From: Rhodosorus marinus CCMP1338
Taxonomy: Eukaryota; Plantae; Rhodophyta
NCBI GenBank assembly: GCA_029953675.1
Contig: JAMWBK010000002.1
Coordinates: 2,542,001 to 2,606,000 of the forward strand
DNA length: 64,000 nt
Direction of reading: 5' to 3'
Shown here piece after piece: positions 36,472 through 49,112 of the stretch. The translations under genes and the position numbers were made by a program. Position 1 is the stretch's first letter; every line of letters begins with the position of its first letter. The notes under the pieces were generated by a model. It did no database searches. It was not told where the DNA came from and was given only the letters and a program-made list of their open reading frames with translations.

Positions 36472-37022
36472 CCCGTTGACGCGCGGCACCAGCGTTTCAT
36501 TTCCCGTTGACGAGCGTCACCAGCGTTTCATTTCCCGTTGACGAGCGTCACCAGCGTTTCGTTTCCCGTTCATGCGCGTCACCAGCGTTTCAATTCCCGT
36601 TCATGCGTCACCAGCGTTTTCGTTTCCCAGCGTTGGTTAGAGCTATGCTGGATGAGGGATCGCGCACCTTTGGAGGATGTTTCAGAAAGTAACTAGCTCA
36701 ATTCCGATAGGATGCGAAAGCGCGGAGAAGTTCTTTGGGAGCGTACTGGGAAGCAACCGTGGCACCAGCGTTGCCTGCTAACCTTTGGAGGTTGTTTGAG
36801 CAAGTAACTAGCTCGATTCCGACAAACCGCGAAAGCGCGGAGAACGTTCTTTAGGAGCGTGCTGGGAAGTAACCGCGGCACCAGCGTTTCATTTTCGGTT
36901 GATGCGCCTCACCAGCGTTTCTGCGCACCTTTGGAGGTTGTTTGAGAAAGTAACTAGCTCAAATCCGACAAGACGCGAAAGCGCGGAGAACGTTCTTTAG
37001 GTGCTGGGAAGCAACCGCGGCA
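36472..37022. repeat. Composite tandem array: 5 x 31-bp units plus 3 x ~100-145-bp units sharing a CACCAGCGTT core
   Basis: Units CCCGTTGACG(A/C)GCGTCACCAGCGTTTCATTT at 36472, 36503, 36534, 36565 and 36596. Long units ACCTTTGGAGG...AAGTAACTAGCTC...GCGAAAGCGCGGAGAA...CTGGGAAG(C/T)AACCG(C/T)GGCA start at about 36665, 36780 and 36925. Confidence 0.93.
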
Positions 37023-37443
37023 ACGATTTAAGATTCCGCCGGGAATTGAATTCGGTACTCCCCGTACAGCACGGTAGGAGCATGGTAGGATAGGAGGCGA
37101 TTCTTCAAAGAAAACCAGTCCCCAACCCTAGTCAATGGATGGCTGTCGACCAGTGCGTTCCCCACCATTGCCGGGAATTCTCTCTGCAGCCGACTCCTGT
37201 ACTGTTGACGATCAGTTCAAATTTACCGATAAATACTGACATTCCTGCTCGAAAGAATTCGAAGCTACTACTACTATTACATGAAGAGCTCAAGAAAGAG
37301 ACGATGTGAGCGATGTGGCGCTCTGTCTTCCGAGGCTTCGACTTAGAAGCTGCGGCACTAACTTTCAAGAATCCTCCGCGAGGTAAGTCTTGACGCAACC
37401 GCCGCGTACGGACCGGAGAAGTTGCACTACAACGCATCGATGA

Positions 37444-39673
37444 TCACGTGTTCTCGTCATCTCCTCCGCCAAGCATTGTGTTTAGCACGTCGTAATTGAT
37501 CTTGCTGGACCTACAACCAGACCCATCGGAAGAACGTTATCCCAGGTTAAGGAAAGCAGCCCCACTTATCAGAGCCGAATTCGAAGCATGGACGTCATTT
37601 AGTATTCCCGAAGCAAACGATCGACGCACGTACCTGCTTTCTAATACTCGCCCTGCTGCCTCTACCAAATCGGTTGGTTCCGCCTTGGCTCGCTTCGAGG
37701 CCTTCTTTTCGCTAGCAACTTTCCACGGGTATCGCTTCTTGAACTCAGAGGGATTCTCTACGCGTAGCTTCTCCATGAATTGTTGCTGCTGGACGTAGTC
37801 TTGATTTGCATGCTCCCAAATGAGCGTCTTGATTCGAGTCTCCTTGTCGTCGTTCATGTACTCGCTGATATCTTCTACATCTGTTTCCTCCTCGGAAAAA
37901 GAGTTCTTCGAATTTACGCCATATTGGCCGATTCAGAGCAGTGTTCCTTGCAATCCATGTCCATCGCGGTGTACCTACATCTGACTGATCCGCTTCGTTG
38001 GGCTTCCTGGCTCTGTTCCTCGTAAGAGGTCCTTTTGATTGATCCTTTGGTTCCTTCTCTAGGAACGCTATCACTGCGACAAAGAGGTATGCAAGGGCGA
38101 CTAAGCTGGCCGCGCAACGAGCTGGGCAGCGCAAGTAGATGCTCCATAAGTATATGGGAACTCGATTGACCACTTACACTCAGTTTTCGGTCTTCTTTTC
38201 TTCTATTTAACAAATCACATCAACAAGTAGAACCGAGGGCAACCTTTTCAGTCAAGTTGTAACAGACGAGTGCGTCTCGACCATTCCAGTTTCGGGCCCT
38301 GCTTTATTCATTGAACAAGCTCTTACCGATGCCTTGAAACATGGCGGATCCTCCGCAACTCTATCGGCTCGTTCACGCAAGCTTTCAACCTAGATATTCA
38401 CAACTCCATGAGAAGGGGGTAACAACAAAGTCGCAGGAAAAGAAACAACTTACCCTGCCGTCATCTCCACCCTCGGCATTGATCTCCTCCGTAGTCAAAT
38501 AAGCAGAGGCAGTATTGCCGAATTCCATCAATCTTGACTTCACAGTCTCAGGGCTAACTCTTACAATACGCACAATCTCGTCCTTGGAGCGGAAGAAGTT
38601 GTGCATCCTGCAAGCTATAATGATCGCCGCGCCGCACAAGCCACTGGGTCTTCTCCCTGTTGCCATCCAATCCCTTTTCATGCGGGCAACTGGAGATTTT
38701 CGATGCAGAACAAAAGCTTTAGGTCCGAACTGTGACGTGCGACTGGGGACGACCGCTATCAGAACAACACGATGTAGTGGATCACCGCAGCTTACCAAGT
38801 CTCAAGGCAGTATTCGCCACTTTGGATGTACCGTCCTCGAGCTTCAGCTGCCCGACAAATCGATGAACGTACAACGACGGATCATTCAGAGGCATTGTCA
38901 TGTTTGTAAGTTTTATGAACTTCAGGAAGATCGCGGCAATCTTGAACACGTTCACTTTCACCACCTCGGAGAAATCAATGAGCATGTGCGCGGATTCATT
39001 CTTTCTACAAACGGTGTACAGGCACGCGCAACTAACATGCATAATCTTGCGTCCTATGCAGGTCGAGAATGCAGATTAGGTTCTGGAGGTATTCGCGGAC
39101 GACTCTGACACCCTGCAGACAAGCAACTCACCCTTGACAAAGTTCAACTGCACAGCCATTTTAAATAGTGAAATAGCCTGGTCTGCATGGGACTTCTTTA
39201 GGCCTAGCGCGCTCGTCAAGGTATAAATATCCTGTCTCCCTGTGACGTTTGCATCACGCACATTCAGACGTGATACTCCGCGCAAGACAACTCAAGCAGG
39301 TAGAAGCTGTCTTTCTGTACATACCGTGTCTAAGGAAAGATGCAGCCTCGTCGCCGGTCTCTCCAGGCAGCCGCATTCCAGCATTCACTCGGCCTAATAC
39401 AAAGTGTGAAGATGTCCCGTTAGAAGCTGTTTCTGCAGAGGAAAACTACGGGGAACAGCACTCGCATCCTCAGATGAAAAAATACTCACCGTCGGCTCCA
39501 ACATGCTGTCCCACGAGCAGAACTTGTCCATGACTTCCCTCCGCAAAAGTTATCTCTGTAACTGTGGCATTTTCTTCCAGAACTCGTCCACATTTCGTGC
39601 AACACGAAGTACCTTTCGCTGGATCAATGTCCACTGTCGCGTTCTCGCACCCTTTGTTTGGACACTTTTTCAT
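37444..39673 (-). CDS. BRF1: RNA polymerase III transcription factor TFIIIB subunit BRF1
   Basis: N-terminal Zn ribbon (CPNKGC...CTKCGRVLEE), cyclin folds (DPSLYVHRF, DWMATGRRPSGLCGAAI), KTLIWEHANQDY, and a last exon SSKINYDVL...ENT* with stop at 37444-37446. Confidence 0.95.
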
Positions 39674-40782
39674 CTTGAACCGACCAACTGGAGTAACATT
39701 GACTGGAAAAAGAGATTCCTAACCTCCCGCAAGGACGGTTACAAAAACTCCACAGTGCGCAGGGGCTGCCCACAACTAGGCCCTTTCGACACCCTTTGTG
39801 CACCAAGAACAGGGAAAACTAAAACAAAAACAAACCCAGAACTATACAGAAGCGATGCAAGGTTCCTTAATTCGGATACCTGCCTTCGGAATAGCAAACC
39901 TTCCGCTACAAGCCAGCTCGGGTACTCCCTTCTCCCCTCCTCCCCCCCCCTGCCTCCCCTTTCTCGCAAGGTTTTCTCACAGGGAATAAGTCGTTTGTAC
40001 ACACGCCTCTCCGTTCGTACAAACGACAGTTTCACATCTTGACATGAGACTATTAATTTTGAAAACAAAAATAAAAAAAGAGCGTCTGGATGAAAAATGT
40101 AGGGATTTTTCGGTCCAACACAAAACGCGGTGGAAAACAATCTATATTGAACAGGTTAAGGAAAATCTTGCCAGTGAATAATCTTAAAGCATGGTATTAA
40201 GATCAAAGCTAATATTATTGGATATCTTACGTGATATCATGTGTTAAGATTTATGATTGGTTGAGAATGTCTTATCGTGCTTGTATGTGGAGAATGCCGT
40301 CGAGTGGCGCTGGATGGATGTTTCATGTCCGTTTACAGGTGAAAGCCGTGAAGATAAAGACTGGTATTACATGACAGTGTGAGCTTTGATTTCGCTTAGA
40401 TAGATTGCGTCCTACTAAGGACCCCCATTTCACCGCTTGGTTCAGCTGTCAATGGTTCCCAAACTGATGAGGTTGGTGAATGCCATTTCGAGTTCTTGCT
40501 TCCTTTTCAGAGCATGCTACTGGCAGGCCTCCAAGTTTGATCCATGAAATACCTTACGTCAGAACGGTTGGATCGAACCCCCTGACGCGTCATATCGTGT
40601 TGAAGAACCTGTTTCTCACCCGAAAGACCAAGCGGGCTGAATGCCATCTCAGCGATTGGTGCGAGAGCAAGGTCTTCTCTGTGCGGTTGAAGTGGAGAGT
40701 CCGATGGGAGAAACTTTCTAGCCCGTATCAGGAGTGCATTTTTAGCTGTGGTGCGTAGCTGGCCATCTTTCACTTCAACATA

Positions 40783-41233
40783 ATGGAGACGGACTTGGAG
40801 AAGGAGCTCGATCAAGTGTAAGTTTGTACATTCCTTGGATCATGTATTCAAGTTTCACTGATCTGTTCAACTGGTTCCTCATAGGATGGAGGGCGACGGA
40901 GTAATAGGCGTCATCTGCTGCGATGCAGATGGTCTCTGCCTTGGAGGTAGGTTGTATGCTGAGATTTTGTGGTGCTGCTCGATTCAGCCGACTTATGAAA
41001 AGCGTGTTGTTGCCTTCTGTATTTAAACCGGACTAGTTCGTGGGAAGGCGGCTAGGGCTGCGGCAGGGCATGTACGGCAGCTGATTTCCTCTGCGTATGT
41101 TCTGTCGTCTACCATGGCCAAGCCAGAGGACTCCTATGAACCCGTGGTGAGAGTAAGCCTACCGGAGGTCAACATCCTTGTGCAGCGCTATGGTCCCATT
41201 ACCCTTGCAATATTCAAATCAGCTGAAAGCTGA
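40783..41233 (+). CDS. LAMTOR5: Ragulator subunit LAMTOR5/HBXIP homolog (3 exons; absent from the ORF track)
   Basis: Exons 40783-40817, 40885-40946 and 41037-41233 give METDLEKELDQVMEGDGVIGVICCDADGLCLGVRGKAARAAAGHVRQLISSAYVLSSTMAKPEDSYEPVVRVSLPEVNILVQRYGPITLAIFKSAES*. This parallels human [35 protein letters not shown]...NIMIQKHDGITVAVHK (recalled). Confidence 0.85.
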
Positions 41234-41941
41234 GCGTTGTGAAGTTGGGAAGTATTTGACGATGTGTTCGCAGAAATACGCTTCGACATCGATGCCATCT
41301 TCGCGACTTTGCACCGCGCGCTGAGGATGGCTGTAAGTTATTACAGGCGCTGCCGAAGGATGCTGTTCAGATCAGCCCATCCAGTCAGAAAAGAAGCCGA
41401 TCGTAAGATACATCAATGCCCTTTGTGGCTTGAATAGTGATGGGTGTGGATAGAATTTAGACTCTATAAGAATATTGTTACAAGCACCGGAAATCAATCA
41501 TGGAAAAAACGAGGACTGAATCTCAAAGGTCGCTGTATCCGTTCACAAAGGTTTTCAAACGAGCACGGCCATACATTCGCGTCTCGTTGGAATGGTAAAT
41601 AAGGGCCATTGAGTATGCCAATGCTGATCTTCCTTTTCTTGCAGGTAGTGTTCAATCTTGCAAGAGTTCAATTGCGCTTGGTCGCTTCTAGCTGAAAACG
41701 AATGGATTAGCACTCGATCATTTTAGCACACCTCTCGGCACCCCTGAACATCACCCACGGCGCTGACTTGCAGGCTGCTTACTCCGCGTACATCGCAACT
41801 TCAAACCTAGGGCGCCAGTTGCGACGCAGGAGGATAATGACGTAAATTTGGATGCGTGCAGCCTGAGGGAGCCCTTTTTCTAAATCCTCCAGCGAGTCAG
41901 CACCGCAGAAGGTGTAATAACCTTTCTACTTATCTGCATTT

Positions 41942-43207
41942 GATTGTTGCGACGTGAAGCAGAGCTCGATGGATAGGTTCAGGGTGGGCGCAGGTGGGAT
42001 CAATCTCCAAAAGCTTCTTGGCAAGATAACCAACGACCTACGAAAGAGGAGCAGGAGTGCCGACCAGGCATACTCATCTTCCTTCATGGAGAGCCTAACT
42101 ACCCTTAGAAGAGTGAAGGAAGGAGCTGATGACGTGCGTCCACTAGTTAAAAGCAGAGCTAGAACAAGATGAATCGTACTGTCGCGTGGCAAAGCGGATG
42201 TTGCATTGCTTAACTTTCGATTGTCGCTTCTTGCTAAACTTGCAAGCAGCTGAGAGACACAGTTTGTCATGCAATCGCTGGAAAGATGTGAGGGATGGTG
42301 TAAAACGGCATTATTACCAAAGGACACATTTGCTTAATTTCGAAACAGGCCGATCGGAGCCGAGCCTGTCGATGTAGTTATCGTGAAAGACATGAGGTTT
42401 CTGATGATCTAATGCAGGATTTTTGCGGGGATCTTGGCTTTGCGGCTCCCGCCCAAGTGGATCCGAACCGCTTCGCACAGTGTTTAACCCTGCTGCTACT
42501 GCTATGGCTTTGACGTGGTCCACCTCGAAACTCGTGAAGCGTGTAGGTAGATCAAGGGTTGCAAAATCAGTCTCAAAACACCGGATGGAACAATGACAAT
42601 GGGAAGGTTGTTGATTCGATATCTGCCTTGGCGGGTCTGTTCTTGGTCGCCCAACGGGTCTACTATAATCCGCCGCCTGCGCTTCATTGCTGCGAGGTGA
42701 AACGGGGCTGCATGGAGAAGTTCAGGGTGGGCTCATGTGATTTCAATCTCCAACGGGCTTCCTGGCAAGATCACCAACGACTTACGAAAGAAGTGCACGA
42801 GCGTCGGACGAGCTTACTGGTATGGGGCAAAGTGGGCCGACGGGCTATACTGGTGCACCTCCCCCCGCACGTTCAAGGCTTTTCCGGACTTTTCAAGCGG
42901 TGCAAAGGAAGGGTGCAGCCCAACAAGAAATCCACAAAGGGCTGCGAGAAACGAAAAAAAGCATCAGAGAAAGAACAGAGCAAGAAGAGTCTTGGCCCCG
43001 ATTGCAACCGAACGCAAGGCCGAAATCAAGAGGGTTGCCTTCGAAGAGTACCTGAATTGTACCGTTTACATTCTATGCATTCAGAGGACTAGCGCTGAGT
43101 ACAAACTGGTAAAGAAAATACTCACCCTGACTTGCAAGATCAAGCGGCTCACTCGTTTGACCGCTTCCTTCACAACGAGCTACAGTGTAATCACGCTTCC
43201 ATACTAG
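41942..43207 (+). pseudogene. Two tandem decayed copies of an unknown ORF (offset 743 bp)
   Basis: Copy A (from 41942): DCCDVKQSSMDRFRVGAGGINLQKLLGKITNDLRK, preceded by two stops. Copy B (from 42685): HCCEVKRGCMEKFRVGSCDFNLQ, a +1 frameshift, then GLPGKITNDLRK. Confidence 0.65.
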
Positions 43208-43431
43208 CCCAGTTTTCCATAAGAAGATGACCGCAATTGGCCGCTTTCCCCCTGGGCGAGCAACCAGAGCGTTGCAGAATCTCACTATCGCGATACCCTT
43301 CCATTTTAGCCTGCCCGGGCCAGACAATGCCTATGAGCTAGGCTTGGAAATCAGAGATGGCGTGAGTGGAGCATGGTGGTCGCGTGCAGGCCGGCACCTG
43401 CAGCTTCAACGCGAGTGAGCCGCAGCAGCCG

Positions 43432-43604
43432 AAGAAGAAGACAGGCAGAACCCGATGTCCGTTGTCAATCGCCCTAGTACTCAATCCTAAAAAGTGTCAT
43501 ATAGTTGTCAATCGCCCTAGTACTCAATCCTAAAAAGTGTCATATAGATCTACTACTCTTCCCTCTCCACCAACCCAAAACCCTCTTCTACCTCATTCCG
43601 TTGG
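43432..43604 (-). repeat. Inverted copy of the ubiquitin-cytochrome c 5' leader (partner 44795-44933), with an internal perfect 43-bp tandem duplication
   Basis: The core TATATGA(C/T)ACTTTTTAGGATTGAGTAC(T/A)AGGGCGATTGA(C/T)AACGGACA... is 54/59 identical by hand. The 43-mer is repeated exactly at 43461-43503 and 43504-43546. Confidence 0.9.
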
Positions 43605-43689
43605 AGAAGGTAAATATGTCTTCTACATCCACCCCATAACTCAATGGTGTTTTTCTCACTGATGATTGGAACGCAGAGAAGCTGAAAAC

Positions 43690-44032
43690 ATGCAGCATGA
43701 TGAAGATGTCACACCGCTTGATGTTGAAGATGAAGCACCAGCAAAGTTACGATTTCTCCTCGCTCCAAGGAAATACAGATCTATCCACAGCCCTTCTATA
43801 TAAGCCGATCCTACATCAGTCACCTGTATCTCAACTCTCACATACAGGTTTGCACGCAAATCTACTCCGCCCTACTCCCGGGCTGCCGTTTACTGACAAT
43901 CACAATGCGCTTAACCTATCCAGATCCATACCGACCGTAAACGTCCAGCTTCTTAGGGGTGGGGGTTTTCTGTTTGACGCTAATTGTGGTCCTACTGAAC
44001 TGAAAACACCTCTTCAAGCATTTAAGCATTAA
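43690..44032 (+). mobile_element. Possible decayed Ty1/copia RT-RNaseH junction fragment
   Basis: With frameshifts: TPL...KYRSI / ALLY...VSQLS...TVNVQL...FDANCG, loosely following copia TPM...YRSIVG.L.YL...VSQLS...GT.N.GL...F.DADWAG. Confidence 0.35.
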
Positions 44033-44794
44033 CATATAGACCCCTCGTAACAACGGGAAAAACAATCGGAACATGATTGGTTTAATAAATGAATTTTCTT
44101 ATTATTTCTATGTTCGTACGACACAGGACTCATGCAATGTCAGCCTCTCCCATCGATGTGCAAAAAAAAAGAAGGATAGTATTCGGTAGGCCCTGGACGG
44201 GTACTCAAAATGCAGATACTATCAAAGAAACCCACAGGGTACTCACCATTCTTCAAATGTGTAGATCTCATCTAAAATAAGTTTTTCTGACGTATTCAGG
44301 TCTTTAATATCAGCAACTGTACCCCGGGGAAATACTCCTCATCTTTTGACGTTAGTCTTGGAGGTCGAATGGTGGCCAGAAAGAAGGGGGAGGTGGAAGG
44401 CAGTTGGAAAAGAAACTTGTCGGTAAATTTTCAAGAAACGAAGAAAAAAGGCAACACGGAGTTAGGCTCCCCTCCCCTCCCCTTCCCCAGTGTTTGGGAA
44501 CGGAAAGGGTGATCTGTCATTTGTTAATTGGTAAATAGACAATTAAGTGATGACCTGTCAGTTTATCATTGGATATTTGAAAACTCCGTTGACTCGATGA
44601 AGTGCCCGTCTTCATTCATTTAGAAACGTTTCCCTTTTAGCCGGTGAATTTTTGACGATGGGAAAAAACGCCACTTTTTCAATGGAGTGTCCCAAGGCAA
44701 CGTGTTTAAGACGAACTCGGGACTTTCTTTCGTTGGATGTATATATTTTGAAAGGTACGACCGTGGGGATGGGGGGGGAATTTTGGCTGGAAAG

Positions 44795-44933
44795 CCGACG
44801 GAGTAAGGTAGAAGAGGGTTTCGGTTAAGGGAGGTGGGAGAGGGAAGGATAGGTGATGTATATATGATACTTTTTAGGATTGAGTACAAGGGCGATTGAT
44901 AACGGACAACGGTTTCTGCATTGCCTTCTTCTT
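44795..44933 (+). repeat. Right arm of the inverted repeat, lying in the leader/promoter of the ubiquitin-cytochrome c gene
   Basis: Aligns to the reverse complement of 43432-43604. Confidence 0.9.
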
Positions 44934-45020
44934 GTTCTTGTTTTTTTTTGGTGGTGGGTTTGTGCACGGTTTGTGTGACTGGGTAACCGGGCTTTGACTT
45001 TGAAGTGTGCGAGAGAAAGG

Positions 45021-45754
<734 letters not shown>

Positions 45755-48536
45755 GTGATCGTGTAGCAGCCTTTTGCTGACAAGCGTATCACTCAGCGGT
45801 GAAGGTGTACGTGCTTCGGACATCGACCCACCGCTGGGGTATGATTTAGAACGTTGTACGTAATTTTTTTGTTTTGAGAAGTCTTCAAGGTTTTGATTTG
45901 GCTGTATTGGACTCTAGCTAAAGTTGATCGCTCGTGTACTAGTAGCCCAACCCATGTTCTTGAGTTAAGCGATTGTCAACCGGTGTGCGTAAAATCTTCA
46001 AGCAACCAAACTCTGGAGCAGCAGAAAGCTAACTGTCTACGGCCACAGTGCACTGACAGGCGCGTTTGACCTTGTAGTATATTCGAAGACAAGGAAAACA
46101 TTTTGAGATCTGCCTTGAATTGATTTTTCCGCAGATCGCGAGCTGAAGTTCAGTTTACGTGCGGTAGTCGAATGCAGCGCAGAGCTGCTCATTGACTTGC
46201 GTGTGATGAAAAGCGGGACTCCCTGGGATCATCAGCAATGTCGCCGGGACCCTTGAGATTGTTGGTCACGAAATCAGCGGTACGGATCTCTGCGCGGTGC
46301 CAGTTTGATCACCTACCCGTGCCGGACAGGCCGACTACAAGAGCATAGTCAAGAGCCTATTGATTCCCGAAAGGCCTTCCGCGGAGTTTTTGAAAGCATC
46401 CAACCACAGCTGAGATCGGTTAATTCCCGTGCCTAGACAGGAGCCAAAATCCAGTATCCTCTTTCGACTCTCTCGACGAGACTCGCTTGCTAGCCATGGT
46501 TTCCCGAGACCCCCCCTGAAAATTCGACAGATCGTGAGGATCCCGTAATATGTTGCATATAGAGTGCCAGTTTCCACATCGCAAGTGGCTCCTCACTAGT
46601 CAAGAGATTCCAGCAGCCAGGTCTCCTTGCTTGTAAGAACTCTTCCAGCGGTCAGCGACGTGGTGACCGAACGGAGATTGATCACGGGAGAACCGAGCAA
46701 GAGCGCAACTGGACGTTTTAGTGCCTGGAAAATCCGCTCTTGAAAAAAGGGACTGTCTTCAGTCGGCAACGACTTTTTCGTTAGTAGGGGTTACCCTATC
46801 CTTGACGATGACCAGCCCGCAAAGATAGATTATGGATACTGGTTCTAGGGGCGCTAGATTCGCTGTTCAAGTCGTTGACATACTGCGGCCCTATCCCCCT
46901 TCCCCGATGGTCTTCACGGTCGAGGGTTGCGATCCAGAAAACTGACCTCGTTCTAGCTTGGGCCTTACGTGCGTTCGCCTCCTTGACGAATAATTGATTG
47001 ATTCCGTCAACCGACGATGGAATTGAGCCCTGCATTTACTGTGAACTTGCACTTGAGGGTGATGGTCTGACTGCGCGCTAAGCTTCACCTCAATTCGCTG
47101 AACATACACACACAGTCCACAATCCATTTCGGATCAATCCAATTCCTCAAAGACAAGATCAGACGCACTCCCGAGAAAGAGCCCACCATTGCATATTTAA
47201 AATAAGAAATAAATAGATCAGCGAATAAATAATACAAAATAATTGGACAATTTCGTTGCAGTAGACCAATAATATTGCTGTTACTTCTATACTCAATAAA
47301 GTTAATTAATATTTCAGTATGCTGATAAAAGCAGTCAGAGATTTCATACAGAGAACATTGGGCACTGGTTTTTTGGCCCAAGCCAATCACCTGCTATTTT
47401 TACCAGAAATTGAAACCAGCAATATGGTGCAAAAGGACGTTTTTCTTTCTGAAACAACCGTTGCACGGAAATTAACGAAAACTCATGCGAAAGGAATTCA
47501 ACGACCGGTTCCAGGCAACTAATAACAAATATGACCCTCCACTCCAAAATCTCCTCTTGAGAGCTAGTAGACCCCCCACCGAGAATCTGCCCAGCACTAC
47601 CTCGAAGAGGGGGAAACGAACTTTCCACTTTCAGAATTTCCCTCGAAAACCTTCTGCAAACATCCAACGAGGAAAACAGAAGAAAGCCGCCATAGGGGTG
47701 GGGTCAGCTTGGACCAAAAATACCAAGGGTGACGCGATAAATCAATCAATGATTCTTGTTCAATCAATATTAGAATTTTGTTTTCCAAAATAATCATATC
47801 CAAATGTCCGTTGGTAGAGAATTAACTCACTATTAGCGATAAATAATTGGACGACAGCCGTCTTGAAAGTTTGAAATTATTATGATGCGCGGGAATAAGC
47901 ATCCGTTGCGAGAGGGGTTGGTGGGGTGGGAGGGGGGGTATGGCCGTGGAATTCCTGCACACAACGAGGCCCTTTTTTTTGTGAAAAGCTGAATTGCACA
48001 ATGGAAGGTGACTATCAAATTGCACCTCTATTGGGTGAAATAGTCCGGTACCTTATGGAGAGGGGGGAGGAGTACTGTAAAAATATATGTTAAACAAGTA
48101 CAATGATTTGCACCAGCTCAGTCAATAAGATCGGTTGAGGATGTTGGGTTGTCTATGTTTTTTGGAATTTTTCAGAATCCCGAGAACGTGGACTGTGGCA
48201 ACACGAAGGATGGATTGGCAAATTGACTTGAGTGCCGAGATACATTGAAGATTATCGGGAAGGGGAGTTGTTTTGTTGGGTTTCTGGTTTTCATTAGCCC
48301 CTGGGTCAGCAATGTGCGACGATCTGTTTGGCGAGTACGGTGTGTGGGGTTGACAAGCCCCACCCTTGGAGAGGTGGGGGGGAGGGTTTGATGATGATCG
48401 CGAGATTAGTTTGTTGATAGTAGTGTTGTATTCCCGGCGGAAATGTTCACATGTTTATCCCTCATCATTTTTTCGATCAGCCAGCTTCATTCAGTGGCGC
48501 GATATACAGTTAGGCAAAAAGGTTAGATCTATATAA

Positions 48537-49112
48537 TTATGAAGTTGTACGAGTGTTTGGTATCTTTTGTCCATGGACCTTCTTCACATGTCTGTTCATG
48601 ACGGATCTGGTCCCAAACGTTTGCGTGCATATCTTGCAGACATATGGTCGCCTCTGCTCGTGTACGGTCTCGATATGCGTTGAGAGGTTCCCCCGGGTTT
48701 TGAATCTGAAATTACATAGAAGGCAGACAAACGGCCTCTGTCCTTCGTGCACTGATCTCGTATGAGTCTTCAAGTTCGACTTCGTTCCAAAAGTTCTACC
48801 GCACTCCTCGCATTTGAAAGGACGCATTTTCTCGTGTACTGTTCTCGTGTGCGTCTCCAAATCTCTTCGCGCGGAGAATACACGGCTACAGATCTCACAC
48901 GCAAACTCATTTCCCCGCCTGTCACCAGTAGAATTAGCGCTGTTCTTTCGCTGAATTGGTCCTCTCCCATTCAACTCTGGATTTACAGAACCCCGGCTGC
49001 CCTGGTCAAGCACCCCGTCACCGCGCGCATTCGGTGATGGTTCTAAGATAGCCTGCTGCTTCTGCTCTTCTTTCGGTTCTTCATCTTCTGTCAATAGTCT
49101 CGACAAGTTCAT
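48537..49112 (-). CDS. C2H2 zinc-finger transcription factor (4 fingers)
   Basis: Four Cx2C...Hx4H fingers with linkers (HEKMRPFKC, HEGQRPFVC, HEQRRPYVC). ATG start at MNLSRLL. Confidence 0.92.
   Translation of the reverse strand: MNLSRLLTEDEEPKEEQKQQAILEPSPNARGDGVLDQGSRGSVNPELNGRGPIQRKNSANSTGDRRGNEFACEICSRVFSARRDLETHTRTVHEKMRPFKCEECGRTFGTKSNLKTHTRSVHEGQRPFVCLLCNFRFKTRGNLSTHIETVHEQRRPYVCKICTQTFGTRSVMNRHVKKVHGQKIPNTRTTS

Noticed and set aside
36472-37022. CRISPR array
   Set aside because: Units are contiguous with no unique spacers, no cas genes are present, and the context is eukaryotic.
40480-40815. Overlapping + (92 aa) and - (102 aa) ORFs upstream of LAMTOR5
   Set aside because: Several splice models are possible, none gives a recognisable protein, and the strand cannot be chosen.
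46140-47130. Fragmented minus-strand frames
   Set aside because: No consistent splice path or motif; left uncalled.
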